DNA of 28,347 bases. Source: Candidatus Methylomirabilia bacterium. GTDB lineage: Bacteria; Methylomirabilota; Methylomirabilia; Rokubacteriales; CSP1-6. Shown here one piece after another: positions 1-9,920 of this stretch. The notes under the pieces were generated by a model. The model was not told the origin of the DNA. It saw nothing but the letters and a program-made list of their open reading frames with translations, and did not search any database. Location of the stretch: positions 1 to 28,347 of the forward strand of contig JBGQHJ010000055.1 in assembly GCA_041497895.1 (NCBI GenBank), written 5' to 3'. The position numbers and the translations under genes are program-made. Position 1 is the first letter of the stretch. Each line of letters starts with the position of its first letter.

Positions 1-512
1 CCACAGGAGCTTGTAGTGGCCCTCGTACCACGACCACGCGTTCGGGGTGTGCACGTAGACGAGCCCGCCGGGCCGGGCCACCCGCACCATCTCCGCCACC
101 GTCGCCTCGACCGACTCCACGTGCTCGATGGCCGAGAAGCAGTACACGACGTCGAAGGTCGCGTCGGGGAACGGCAGCCGCTCGGCGGCGGCGCGCACGA
201 AGGCGCCGCCCGCCTTCTCGCGCTTGAGCGCACAGATCGCGATGGCCTCCGCGTCGGCGTCCACCCCGACCGGCCGCACCCCCGCCTCCTCGGCCGCCAC
301 GTTGAAGCCGCCGGTCCCGCAGCCCACGTTGAGGAGCCGGCCGTGGAGCGCCCCGCCCAGCACGCGGCGCAGCCGCTCGAGCCGGCCGCGCTCCTGCTGC
401 TCCTCGTCCTCCCGGAGCCGCACCAGGACGGACCAGTCCGGGATGCCCAGCACGTCGCGATAGTAAATGGTGTAGTAGCGCCGGAGCCGGTCGCGGAGCA
501 GGACCGCGTGGC

Positions 513-516
<4 letters not shown>
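1..516 (-). CDS. Class I SAM-dependent methyltransferase (3' end truncated by window edge)
   Basis: Not in the ORF track; translated by hand from GTG at 516, which overlaps the upstream stop (GTGA). Reads MSHAVLLRDRLRRYY...LLNVGCGTGG...VGVDAD...AERLPFPDATFDVVYCFSAIEHV...RVARPGG, i.e. Methyltransf_11-type motifs. Frame stays open to position 1. Confidence 0.88.
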
Positions 517-1672
<1,156 letters not shown>

Positions 1673-1676
<4 letters not shown>

Positions 1677-2659
1677 CGCGGCCGCCCCTCGCGCTCCCAC
1701 CACTGCCGGTACCAGTCGAAGGTCTCGGCCACGCCCGCCTCCAGCCCGATCTTGGGCGCAAAGCCGGTCAGCCCGCGCAGGCGCCCGATGTCGGGGCACC
1801 GGCGCGCCACCGAGCCGGCCGGGGCGGGCCGCGCCTCGACGCTGGGAGCGAAGTGCGCGGTGCGGAGCACGAGCGCCACCAGGTCCGCGATCGGCGTCTC
1901 CTCCGCGTCGTTGCCGATGTTCACCACCTGCCCCCACGCGGCCTCGGTCGTCATCAGCCGCGTCATCGCCTCCACCGCGTCGGCCACGTGGCAGAAGGCG
2001 CGGCGCTGCTCGGGGCCGAAGACCCGGAACGGGTCCTCGCGGCGCAGCGCGCGCAGCGCCAGCTCCGGGATCACGTGGTCGGTGCCCATGCGCGGGCCGT
2101 AGACGTTGTGGAAGCGGCCGATCACCGCGCGGAGGCCGCGGGCGCGCGCGGTGTGGATGACCGCGGCCTCCCCCAGCATCTTGCTCGCCGCGTAGGCGAA
2201 GCGTGGCGCGGCCACGTCGGGCACGCCGAGCGGCACCGACTCCGGTGTCGGCACCGGCACGTGGCCCGCCGCCACGCCCGACGCGTAGGTCTCGCTGGTG
2301 GAGGCGAAGAAGAGCACCTCGCCCTGCCCCGGCATCCAGTCGAGGAGGTGGAGCAGCGAGAGCGTGTTCACCCGCACCACCCGCGCGGGGTCGGTCTCGA
2401 CGTTGCGCACGCCCACCACCGCGGCCAGCATGTAGACCTGCTCCCACTGCCGCGGGAGCCCGTCGAGCGCGCCCGCCTGGGTGAGATCGGCCTGCACCAG
2501 GAAGACGTTGGGGCGCGCGACGAGGGCCTCGATGGTCGCGTCGCGCCGGCCGCGCGAGAGGTCGTCGACCAGGGTGAGCGCGTGGCCCTCGCCGGCGAGG
2601 CGCGCGGCCAGGTGGGCGCCGATGAAGCCGGCCCCGCCCAGGACTAGGATCCTAGCCAT
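1673..2659 (-). CDS. NAD-dependent epimerase/dehydratase/decarboxylase (extended SDR, UDP-uronate decarboxylase-like)
   Basis: Start MARILVLGGAGFIG at 2659. GxxGxxG, ASTSETY, YAASK (YxxxK), RFHNVYGPRMG, QRRAFCHVAD, NIGN motifs. Confidence 0.88.
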
Positions 2660-3947
2660 ACCCGATCCCCGCGTAGCGCACCCCGGCGCGGCGCGCCGCC
2701 TCCTCGTCGAGGATGCGCCAGGAGTCAAAGAGCACCGCAGGGCGGTGCATCACCGCAAGCCGGGCCGCCAGGTCGAGCTTGGCGTACTCGGGATGGTTGG
2801 TGATCACCAGGACCGCGTCGGCACCCTCGAAGGCGGCCTCCGCCGACAGCGGGGTCGCCCCGAGGCCGCGAATCACCTCGGCCGCCACCAGGTAGTCGTG
2901 CCCGCGCAGCTCGAGGCCGGCGGCGCGGAAGATCGGCAGCATCGCGTGGATCGGCGCCCCGCGCATGTCGTCGGTGGGCGGCCAGCCCTTGTAGGCCCAG
3001 CCGAGCACCGCGAGCCGCGCGCCCTCCGCGCTGCCCCGGCCCGACCGGATCAGGGCCACCACCCGCTCGGCCACCCGCAGCGGCAGGTGCTCGTTGAGCC
3101 CGCGCGCCTGCCCCACGAGCCACGGCGTGTAGCCGGCGGCCCGCGACGCGCTCATCAGGATGTACGGATCCTTCGAGAGGCAGCCGCCGCCCACGTAGCC
3201 CGGCTTGGCCACGTCGGGCCGCGGGTAGTCGAGGTTGGCGGCGCGGATCACCTCGAGCGGATCGAGGCTCCACTGCTCCGCCATCAAAGCCACCTCGTTG
3301 CCGTAGGAGTAGATGAGGTCGGTATGGCAGTTGTTCACGAGCTTCACCAGCTCGGCGGCCTCGAGCGAGCCCACCGGCACGATGCGCCGAGTGACCCGCG
3401 CGAAGAGCGCGGCGGCCGCGTCGCGGCTCGCGTCGTCGAGGCCACCCACCACCTGCGGCAGCTCCTCCAGCTCGCGGAGCGCCTGGCCCTGGATGGTCCG
3501 CTCCGGCGCGAAGGCGAGCCGCACGCCCGCGCCCCAGCGCGCGGCGAGCTCGGGCAGCACCACGTTGCGGCTCGCGCCGACCGGCACGGTGGAGCGCACG
3601 ATCACCAGGGTGTCGGGCCGCGCGCGCTCGGCCACGTGCCGGGCCGCCGCGCGGAGGTTCTCCAGCTCGGGGGCGTGCGTGACCGGGTTCGTGGGCGTGG
3701 AGACGCAGATCATCACCGCGTCGACGCCCTCGGGCGGCAGCGAGGCGGCGACCCGGAGCCGGTCGCCGCGGAACGCGGCCAGGCCTTCCTCCACGCCGGG
3801 CTCGAAGAGGTGCGCGCGGCCCTCGCCGAGCGCGGCCAGCACCGCGGGGGAGGCGTCCACCCCGTGGACGGTGAAGCCCTTGCGGGCGAGCGCCACCGCC
3901 ATGGTGAGCCCCACATAACCCATGCCCACGATGCCGACGGTCTGCAT
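2652..3947 (-). CDS. UDP-N-acetylhexosamine/nucleotide-sugar 6-dehydrogenase (WecC/WbpA/Ugd family)
   Basis: GMGYVG Rossmann motif, ICVSTP, RSTVPVG, APER, ELVKLVNN, GYVGGGCLSKDP (catalytic Cys), LGWAYKG...DDMR. Confidence 0.92.
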   Translation of the reverse strand: MQTVGIVGMGYVGLTMAVALARKGFTVHGVDASPAVLAALGEGRAHLFEPGVEEGLAAFRGDRLRVAASLPPEGVDAVMICVSTPTNPVTHAPELENLRAAARHVAERARPDTLVIVRSTVPVGASRNVVLPELAARWGAGVRLAFAPERTIQGQALRELEELPQVVGGLDDASRDAAAALFARVTRRIVPVGSLEAAELVKLVNNCHTDLIYSYGNEVALMAEQWSLDPLEVIRAANLDYPRPDVAKPGYVGGGCLSKDPYILMSASRAAGYTPWLVGQARGLNEHLPLRVAERVVALIRSGRGSAEGARLAVLGWAYKGWPPTDDMRGAPIHAMLPIFRAAGLELRGHDYLVAAEVIRGLGATPLSAEAAFEGADAVLVITNHPEYAKLDLAARLAVMHRPAVLFDSWRILDEEAARRAGVRYAGIGYG

Positions 3948-3951
3948 GCGG

Positions 3952-5007
3952 CTAGTCCAGCAGCCCTTCGGCGACGTCGTGATCGGCCTTGCGCAGGTCG
4001 TCGTGGCGGCCCACGTCGAGCCAGTACTCGCGGATCAGGTAGGCCGAGACCGGCAGGTCGCGCTCGAGGCACACGCGGATCAGGTCGGTCGCGTCGAAGT
4101 ACTGCCCGGGCGGGATCAGGTCGGTCAGCGAAGGATCGAGCAGGTAGATCCCCGCGTTGACCGGAAATTCCTTCCTGGGCTTCTCCTCCACCCGGCTGAT
4201 CCGGGTCCCGTGCAGGGTGAACTCGCCGTACGGGATGTCGACCTGGTGGAGCGAGACGCCCACCGTCATGCGCGCGCCCTCGGCGCGGTGGAATTCCCAC
4301 ATCGCGCGGAAGTCGCACTTGGTGAGGATGTCGGCGTTGATCACGAAGAAGGGCTCGGCCGGCCGCGGGCGGATCAGGGTCAGCGCGCCGATGGTGCCGA
4401 GGCGCTCGGGCTCGTCCACGTAGGAGAGCCGCACCCCGAAGCGGGAGCCGTCGCCCAGCGCCTCGCGGATCATGTCGGACTTGTGGTGCACCGCCACCAG
4501 CACGTGGCCGATGCCGGAGCGCTCGAGCCGCTCGATCAGGATCTCGATCAGCGGGCGCCCGCCCACCCGCAGCAGCGGCTTGGGCGTCTCCTCGGTGAGC
4601 GGCCGGAGCCGGGTGCCCATGCCGCCCGCCATGATCACCGCGGCGGCGGGCAGCGACACTCGCGCGAGCACGTCGTCGAGGAAGACCACGTCGGTCAGGC
4701 GCCCGGCCGCGTCCACCAGGGGCAGGTGCCGGATGGCGCGGGCCCGCATCAGCTCGGTGGCCGCGCCCCGCGCGAGCCCGGCCCGGCCGGTGATCGGCGC
4801 CGCGTTCATGTTGGGTCCCACCGGCGCGTCGAGGGACGCCCCGCGCAGCAGCGCCTTGCGCACGTCGCCGTCGGTCACGATGCCGAGGAGGCGATCGTCC
4901 GCGTCGGTCACCAGCGCGACCTGACGTCCGTTCTTGGTGATGGCCTCGAGCGTCAGGCGGATGCTCGTGCCGGGCGGCACGCAGAGATTCTGGGGAATGC
5001 TCGCCAT
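3952..5007 (-). CDS. CBS-domain sugar-phosphate nucleotidyltransferase (PtmE/LegX-like)
   Basis: N-terminal CBS pair (GIVTDGDVRKALL...IRHLPLVD) followed by an NTP-transferase domain (IMAGGMGTRLRPLT..PKPLL, LGTIG, NADIL, NAGIY, YWLDVG). This architecture is typical of legionaminic-acid loci. Confidence 0.92.
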   Translation of the reverse strand: MASIPQNLCVPPGTSIRLTLEAITKNGRQVALVTDADDRLLGIVTDGDVRKALLRGASLDAPVGPNMNAAPITGRAGLARGAATELMRARAIRHLPLVDAAGRLTDVVFLDDVLARVSLPAAAVIMAGGMGTRLRPLTEETPKPLLRVGGRPLIEILIERLERSGIGHVLVAVHHKSDMIREALGDGSRFGVRLSYVDEPERLGTIGALTLIRPRPAEPFFVINADILTKCDFRAMWEFHRAEGARMTVGVSLHQVDIPYGEFTLHGTRISRVEEKPRKEFPVNAGIYLLDPSLTDLIPPGQYFDATDLIRVCLERDLPVSAYLIREYWLDVGRHDDLRKADHDVAEGLLD

Positions 5008-5020
5008 GTGGGCCTAACGC

Positions 5021-5049
5021 ATGATAGACAACGAGCCCGGAATCCTCAA
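5021..5049 (-). promoter_or_regulatory. Putative sigma70 promoter for the leftward nucleotidyltransferase operon
   Basis: Minus strand TTGAGG (5049-5044) - 17 nt - TATCAT (5026-5021), 13 nt upstream of ATG 5007, in an AT-enriched intergenic patch. Confidence 0.5.
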
Positions 5050-5063
5050 ACTCCCGGGTGCGA

Positions 5064-5069
5064 TAGAAT
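5064..5069 (+). promoter_or_regulatory. Putative -10 element for the flippase (likely leaderless transcript)
   Basis: TAGAAT 8 nt upstream of ATG 5078; no clear Shine-Dalgarno and no obvious -35. Confidence 0.45.
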
Positions 5070-5077
5070 CAGGCGCG

Positions 5078-6625
5078 ATGCCGTCCCAGGACCTGGCGCG
5101 CAAGTCGCTCCTGCTGCTCGGCAGCACGTGGGGCGGCGCCGCGCTCGGCATGCTGGTCTCGATCCTGGTCGGCCGCGTGCTCGGCCCGGCCGCGCTCGGC
5201 TCGCTCGGCTTCAGCACCGGCGTGGTCGGGCTCGTCATGGCCGCGCTGCTCCCCGGCTTCGCCCAGGCCCACCTGAAGCGGCTCGCGGAAGGGCAGGACG
5301 CGGGCCGGTGCGTCGGCACCATGCTGGCCATCCAGCTCGCGCTGCACGCGGTGCTGGTCGCGGCGGTCCTCGTGCTGTGGTCCGTGCAGGGGATCTTCAC
5401 GCGCTCAGACCTGGCCCTCGTGTTCCTGGCCCTGCTGGGCGCCCAGGTGGCCACCAACTTCGCCGACATCTTCCTCAAGGTCATGGTCGCCCGTGAATGG
5501 GTGGTCCCCCACGCGATCATCCTGCTGGCCGCGCGCCTGCTCCGCCTGCTCGCCACGGTGGCGGTGCTGAGCGCGGCGCCGAGCCTGATCGCGGTCGCCC
5601 TCACCTTCGTGGTGGAGCCGGTGCTGAGCGGGCTCGCCGCCGCCGTCGTGCTCGCCCGCCGCTACCGCGTGGCCCCGCGGGCGCCGACCCGCGCGAGCCT
5701 CGACGCCTACTGGAGCTACGCGCGGCCGTTCCTGGTGACCACGCCGCTCGCCCTCTTCCAGGACTCCATCGACCGGGTGGCGGTCGGCGCCTGGGCCGGC
5801 CTCACCGCGGCCGGCCACTACCAGATCGCCCGCGCGCTGTGGGAAGCGCTGTCCGGGGTGATCGCGGCGCCCGCCACCTTCCTGTTCACCCGGCTCTCCG
5901 CCCTCTACGCCCGGCGCAGCGAGGCGGGCGACCGCGAGGCCCGCGAGTTCTTCTTCCACGCCCTCGACAAGCTGCTCTTCCTCACCGTCCCGCTCGCGTT
6001 CGCGTTCTGGGCCTTCGCCGAGCCCGGCATCACGCTGCTGTACGGGCCCGCCTTCCGCCCCGCCGCGCTGCCGCTGCGCATCCTGGTGCTGGCCGCGGTG
6101 GTGGCCAACATCGTCAACCCCTACACCTTCATCGTCATGGCGCTCGACCGCGCCGGCCGCTTCGTGCCGGTGAACCTGCTGCGGGTCGTGGCCTACGCCA
6201 TCGTGCTGGTCGCCCTGGTGCCGCCGCAGCCGCTGATCGACGGCTGGGCCGGCCTCTGGCCCGGCCCGCCCGGCGCGGCCGCGGCCCGCCTCTTCCTCGT
6301 CCTGTTCCCGTGCTGGATCTACGTGCGGTGGACGCGGGAGCTGGCCTCCGTCCCGCTCTACCGCCACGTGGCGACCTACGTGGGCGGCTTCGCGCTGCTG
6401 CTCGCCCTGTTTGAGGCCCTCCGCGTGGGCGGCGTCGCGGTCGGCGCGGAAGGCTGGGCCGCGAGCATCCCCGCCGCGGTCGGCGCGGCGTGCGTCTATC
6501 TCGGCTACCTCTTCGCGCGCCATCCCGGCACCACCGAGAACCTGCGCTATACCCGGGCCCTGCTCTCGCCCGTCGCGTTCATTCGCTTCCTTCGCGGCGG
6601 GCTGCGCGGGCCGGCACGCCCATGA
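5078..6625 (+). CDS. Oligosaccharide flippase (Wzx/MOP superfamily)
   Basis: About 515 aa with many hydrophobic segments. Wzx-like N-terminus (LARKSLLLL...GRVLGPAALG) and second-half motifs (DSIDRVAVG...AAGHYQIA...ITLLYGPAF..AALPLRIL). Start taken at ATG 5078 (MPSQD). Confidence 0.85.
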   Translation: MPSQDLARKSLLLLGSTWGGAALGMLVSILVGRVLGPAALGSLGFSTGVVGLVMAALLPGFAQAHLKRLAEGQDAGRCVGTMLAIQLALHAVLVAAVLVLWSVQGIFTRSDLALVFLALLGAQVATNFADIFLKVMVAREWVVPHAIILLAARLLRLLATVAVLSAAPSLIAVALTFVVEPVLSGLAAAVVLARRYRVAPRAPTRASLDAYWSYARPFLVTTPLALFQDSIDRVAVGAWAGLTAAGHYQIARALWEALSGVIAAPATFLFTRLSALYARRSEAGDREAREFFFHALDKLLFLTVPLAFAFWAFAEPGITLLYGPAFRPAALPLRILVLAAVVANIVNPYTFIVMALDRAGRFVPVNLLRVVAYAIVLVALVPPQPLIDGWAGLWPGPPGAAAARLFLVLFPCWIYVRWTRELASVPLYRHVATYVGGFALLLALFEALRVGGVAVGAEGWAASIPAAVGAACVYLGYLFARHPGTTENLRYTRALLSPVAFIRFLRGGLRGPARP

Positions 6626-7253
6626 CGGTCTGGCCCGCCGCCACGTCCGCGGTCACCACCGCGCCGGCCGCCACCACCGCCCCCGCCCCGATGCGCAGGC
6701 CCGGCAGCACGACCGCGCCCGCGCCGAGGAACGCGCCGGCCTCCACCGTCACCTGACCCGACAGGACCACGCCGGGCGAGAGATAGGCGTGATCGGCGAT
6801 CACGCACTCGTGCTCGACCACGACCCCGCTGTAGAGCACCGCGTTCGCCCCGATGCGCACCCCGCTGCCGAGCACGCTGCCCGCGAAGACCACCGAGCCC
6901 GCGCCGACCTCGGCGGAGGGCGATGCGATCGCGCGCGGATGCACGAGCGCCGGCTGCGGGACCCCCGCGATCACCAGCACCTCGTAGAGCTGGCCGCGCC
7001 GGGCCAGCGCGGTGTTGCCGACCCCGACCACGCCGCCGTCGATCCGCTGGGGCCGGATGATGGCGGCCAGCTGCGCGTCGGTGCCCAGCACCGGGGCGCC
7101 GGGGCCGCCCGCGGACAGCGAGGGGTCGGTGAAGCCGGCCACCGTGAAGCCGCAGGCCCGGGCGAGATCGGCCACCGCGCGGCCGTGGCCCCCCGCCCCC
7201 AGGATCAGCAGGCGGCGCGCGGAGCCGGACGAGCGGACGGTGGGGACGCTCAC
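6579..7253 (-). CDS. NeuD/PglD-family sugar acetyltransferase (left-handed beta-helix); LegH-like role
   Basis: GTG at 7253 overlaps the regulator stop (GTGA). LLILGAGGHGRAV N-domain, GVGN..R, LVHPRA, VEHEC and hexapeptide repeats (IGAGAVVAAGAVVTADV...GVPAR). Confidence 0.9.
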   Translation of the reverse strand: MSVPTVRSSGSARRLLILGAGGHGRAVADLARACGFTVAGFTDPSLSAGGPGAPVLGTDAQLAAIIRPQRIDGGVVGVGNTALARRGQLYEVLVIAGVPQPALVHPRAIASPSAEVGAGSVVFAGSVLGSGVRIGANAVLYSGVVVEHECVIADHAYLSPGVVLSGQVTVEAGAFLGAGAVVLPGLRIGAGAVVAAGAVVTADVAAGQTVMGVPARAARREGSE

Positions 7254-7870
7254 CGGCGGGCCTCCGGCGTGGTGAGCCGCCGCAGGGTGAGGCAGCGCTC
7301 CGGGGGCACGCCGAGCCGCGTCAGCTCGGCCACGCGCTGCTCCGGCCGGTCGAAGGTGGCCACGATGACGCCGTCCACCTCGTCGGGCGCCAGGTCGGCG
7401 AGCGCCCGGACCGGGAAGCCCAGGAACTGGCCCCCCGCCGCCACGTCGAACACGCCGACCGGCTCGAGCCCGAACTCCCGCAGGGTGAGATAGGCGAGCT
7501 CCGCCGCCTCCCCGACCCCGCAGAGCGCGAAGCGCTTCATGCCGCCCTGGTGGAAGCGGGCCATCGTCTCTCGCAGGTGCCCGCGGGTGCGGCGGAAGAG
7601 CCGGAGCGAATAGGCCATGTACTCGTAGGAGAGCCGGCTCTTCTCGGCCATGCCCTTGGGGGTGAGCACGTATCGCAGGCGCTTGCGGGCGGCCGGCTTG
7701 CTCGGGAACTCCGCGATCTTGATGAAGCCCTTGCCGGCCAGGCGCTTCAGGCAGAGGTTGGCCAGCCCCAGGGCCACGCCGAGCTGCTGGGCGAGCGCGC
7801 GCTGGGTGACCGGCGCCCCCTCGCCGATGGCGGTCAGGATCTCGAGGTTCCGCTCGTGCTGGCGCTGCAT
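7250..7870 (-). CDS. Winged HTH transcriptional regulator (EPS-associated MarR-like) with C-terminal Rossmann-like domain
   Basis: TQRALAQQLGVALGLANLCLKRLAGKGFIK...YVLTPKGMAEKSRL matches the polysaccharide-locus MarR-like wHTH. The C-terminus (RFALCGVGEAAE...VGVFD...FLGFPV...DGVIVA) is Rossmann-like. Confidence 0.88.
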   Translation of the reverse strand: MQRQHERNLEILTAIGEGAPVTQRALAQQLGVALGLANLCLKRLAGKGFIKIAEFPSKPAARKRLRYVLTPKGMAEKSRLSYEYMAYSLRLFRRTRGHLRETMARFHQGGMKRFALCGVGEAAELAYLTLREFGLEPVGVFDVAAGGQFLGFPVRALADLAPDEVDGVIVATFDRPEQRVAELTRLGVPPERCLTLRRLTTPEARR

Positions 7871-7871
7871 A

Positions 7872-7914
7872 TTGAACGTTCACAAGTTGAACATGCTGGT
7901 GTAAGATGCGTCAA
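7872..7914. promoter_or_regulatory. Divergent promoter region with candidate operator (GTTCA-N5-TGAAC)
   Basis: Plus strand TTCACA (7879-7884) - 17 nt - TAAGAT (7902-7907) toward neuB; minus strand TTGACG (7914-7909) toward the regulator. Palindrome TGAACGTTCA (7873-7882) and inverted repeat GTTCA-caagt-TGAAC (7878-7892). Confidence 0.6.
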
Positions 7915-7919
7915 GCGAA

Positions 7920-8930
7920 ATGCACACCTTCGTGATCGCGGAGGCCGGGGTGAACCACAACGGCGACATGGCGCTCGCCCGCGCCCTGGTCGACGTGGCC
8001 GCGGCGGCGCGCGCCGACGCGGTGAAGTTCCAGACCTTCGCGGTGGACCGGCTCGTGACCCGGAGCGCGGCGACCGCGGAGTACCAGCGGCGCGCCCTCG
8101 GCGGCGAGCCGAGCCAGTACGAGATGCTGGCCCGCCTCGAGCTGTCCCCGGCGGATCACGAGATGCTGCTGGCCCACTGCGCCCGGCGGGGCATCGAGTT
8201 CATGTCCACCCCGTTCGATCCCGAGAGCGCCCGCTTCCTGAAGCGCCTGGGCGTGCGGCGCATCAAGATCTCCTCGGGCGACGTGACGAACCTGCCCATG
8301 CTCGAGGTGGTGGGCGCGCTCGGCCTGCCGGTCATCCTCTCCACCGGCATGGCCGATCTGGAGGAGGTCGGCGCGGCGGTGGCGACCCTGTGCGCGGCCG
8401 GGACGACCGACCTGGCCCTGCTCCAGTGCGTCAGCAACTACCCGGCCGATCCCGCGCTCACCAACCTGCGGGTCATGGACACCTTCGCGCGCGCCTTCGG
8501 CACCCCGGTCGGGCTCTCCGATCACTCGCCGGGCACCGCGGTGGCCATCGCGGCCGCCGCCCGCGGCGCCGCCTACATCGAGAAGCACTTCACGCTGGAC
8601 CGCTCGCTGCCCGGCCCGGACCACCAGGCCTCCCTGCTGCCCGACGAGCTCCGCGGCCTCGTCCAGGCGATCCGCGAGGTCGAGGCGGCCATGGGCGACG
8701 GCGTCAAGCGGCCCGCGCCGAGCGAGCTGCCGGTGCGCGACGTGGCGCGCAAGAGCCTGGTCGCCGCGCGCGACGTGCCGGCGGGGACCGCGCTCGCTCC
8801 CGACGACGTCGTCATCCTGCGGCCCGGCACCGGGCTCTCGCCGGCCGCGCTGCCGCGCGTGCTGGGGCGGCGAACCGCCCGGCCCATCCCCCATCACACC
8901 CCCATCACCGAGGACATGCTCCTGCCATGA
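7920..8930 (+). CDS. neuB: Nonulosonic acid synthase (NeuB/LegI family) with C-terminal SAF domain
   Basis: IAEAGVNHNGD, DAVKFQTF, STPFD, KISSGDVTNLP, ILSTGM, CVSNYP, GLSDHS, IEKHFTLDRSLPGPDH, ARKSLVA, RPGTG. Confidence 0.96.
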   Translation: MHTFVIAEAGVNHNGDMALARALVDVAAAARADAVKFQTFAVDRLVTRSAATAEYQRRALGGEPSQYEMLARLELSPADHEMLLAHCARRGIEFMSTPFDPESARFLKRLGVRRIKISSGDVTNLPMLEVVGALGLPVILSTGMADLEEVGAAVATLCAAGTTDLALLQCVSNYPADPALTNLRVMDTFARAFGTPVGLSDHSPGTAVAIAAAARGAAYIEKHFTLDRSLPGPDHQASLLPDELRGLVQAIREVEAAMGDGVKRPAPSELPVRDVARKSLVAARDVPAGTALAPDDVVILRPGTGLSPAALPRVLGRRTARPIPHHTPITEDMLLP

Positions 8931-9919
8931 TCTCTGCTCTCGTCGTCGGCGGCGGCTCCATCGGCAAGCGCCACCTGCGGAACCTTCTGGCCACGCGGCG
9001 CTCGGCCGCGGTGGTGGAGCCGCGGGAGGAACGGCGCGCCGAGATCCTGGCCAAGCACCCCGGCACCCCGGTGCACGCGACCCTCGAGGAAGCGCTGGCC
9101 CACGGCCCCTACCTCGCGGGGTTCATCTGCCTGCCCACCGCCTACCACCTCGAGCCCGCGCTCACCCTCGCGCGGCGGGGCCTGCACATCTTCATGGAGA
9201 AGCCGGTCTCCCACTCGATCGAGGGCATCCCGGCGCTGCTCGACGTGATCCAGCAGCGGCGGCTCACCGGGATGACCGGCTTCTGCCTGCGGTTCTTCAA
9301 GCCGCTCCAGAAGGCCAAGCAGCTGATCGAGGCCGGGCGCGTGGGGCGCATCGTCACCGCCCGCAGCTTCACCGGCGTCTACCTGCCCGACTGGCACCCC
9401 TACGAGGACTACCGCTCGTTCTACATGGCCAAGAAGGCGCAGGGCGGCGGGGTGCTGCTCGACGAGTGCCACGCGTTCGACTGGATGCAGTGGCTCTGCG
9501 GACCGATCGCGGGCGTCTTCTCGGTGGTGGGGACCTTCAGCGACCTCGAGGTCGAGACCGACGACGTGTGCGAGGTGATCGCGCGCTTCGGGGCCCGCGC
9601 GGTCGGCTCCATCCACCTCGACATGGTCGACCGCTCCGCCCGCAGCGAGGTCGAGATCATCGGCACCACCGGCACCGTGCTGGTGGATCTCGAGGGTCAC
9701 ACCGTGCGCGCCTTCGACCAGGCGAGCCGCAAGTGGGAGACGTTCACGCTCGAGCCCTCCTACGACCGGATGTACATCGACGAGATCGACCACTTCTTCG
9801 GCTGCGTCGAGCGGGGGGAGAAGCCGGTGGTCGACCTGCGCGACGGCTTCCGGGTCCAGCGCATCATCGACGCCTGCGCGCGCTCCAGCGCCAGCGGCCA
9901 GTGGGTGGCCGTCGACTGA
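8927..9919 (+). CDS. Gfo/Idh/MocA family NAD(P)-dependent oxidoreductase
   Basis: ATG 8927 overlaps the neuB stop (ATGA). VVGGGSIGKRH, HIFMEKP, YLPDWHPYEDYRSFY, GGGVLLDECHAFD. Confidence 0.9.
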   Translation: MISALVVGGGSIGKRHLRNLLATRRSAAVVEPREERRAEILAKHPGTPVHATLEEALAHGPYLAGFICLPTAYHLEPALTLARRGLHIFMEKPVSHSIEGIPALLDVIQQRRLTGMTGFCLRFFKPLQKAKQLIEAGRVGRIVTARSFTGVYLPDWHPYEDYRSFYMAKKAQGGGVLLDECHAFDWMQWLCGPIAGVFSVVGTFSDLEVETDDVCEVIARFGARAVGSIHLDMVDRSARSEVEIIGTTGTVLVDLEGHTVRAFDQASRKWETFTLEPSYDRMYIDEIDHFFGCVERGEKPVVDLRDGFRVQRIIDACARSSASGQWVAVD

Positions 9920-9920
9920 G

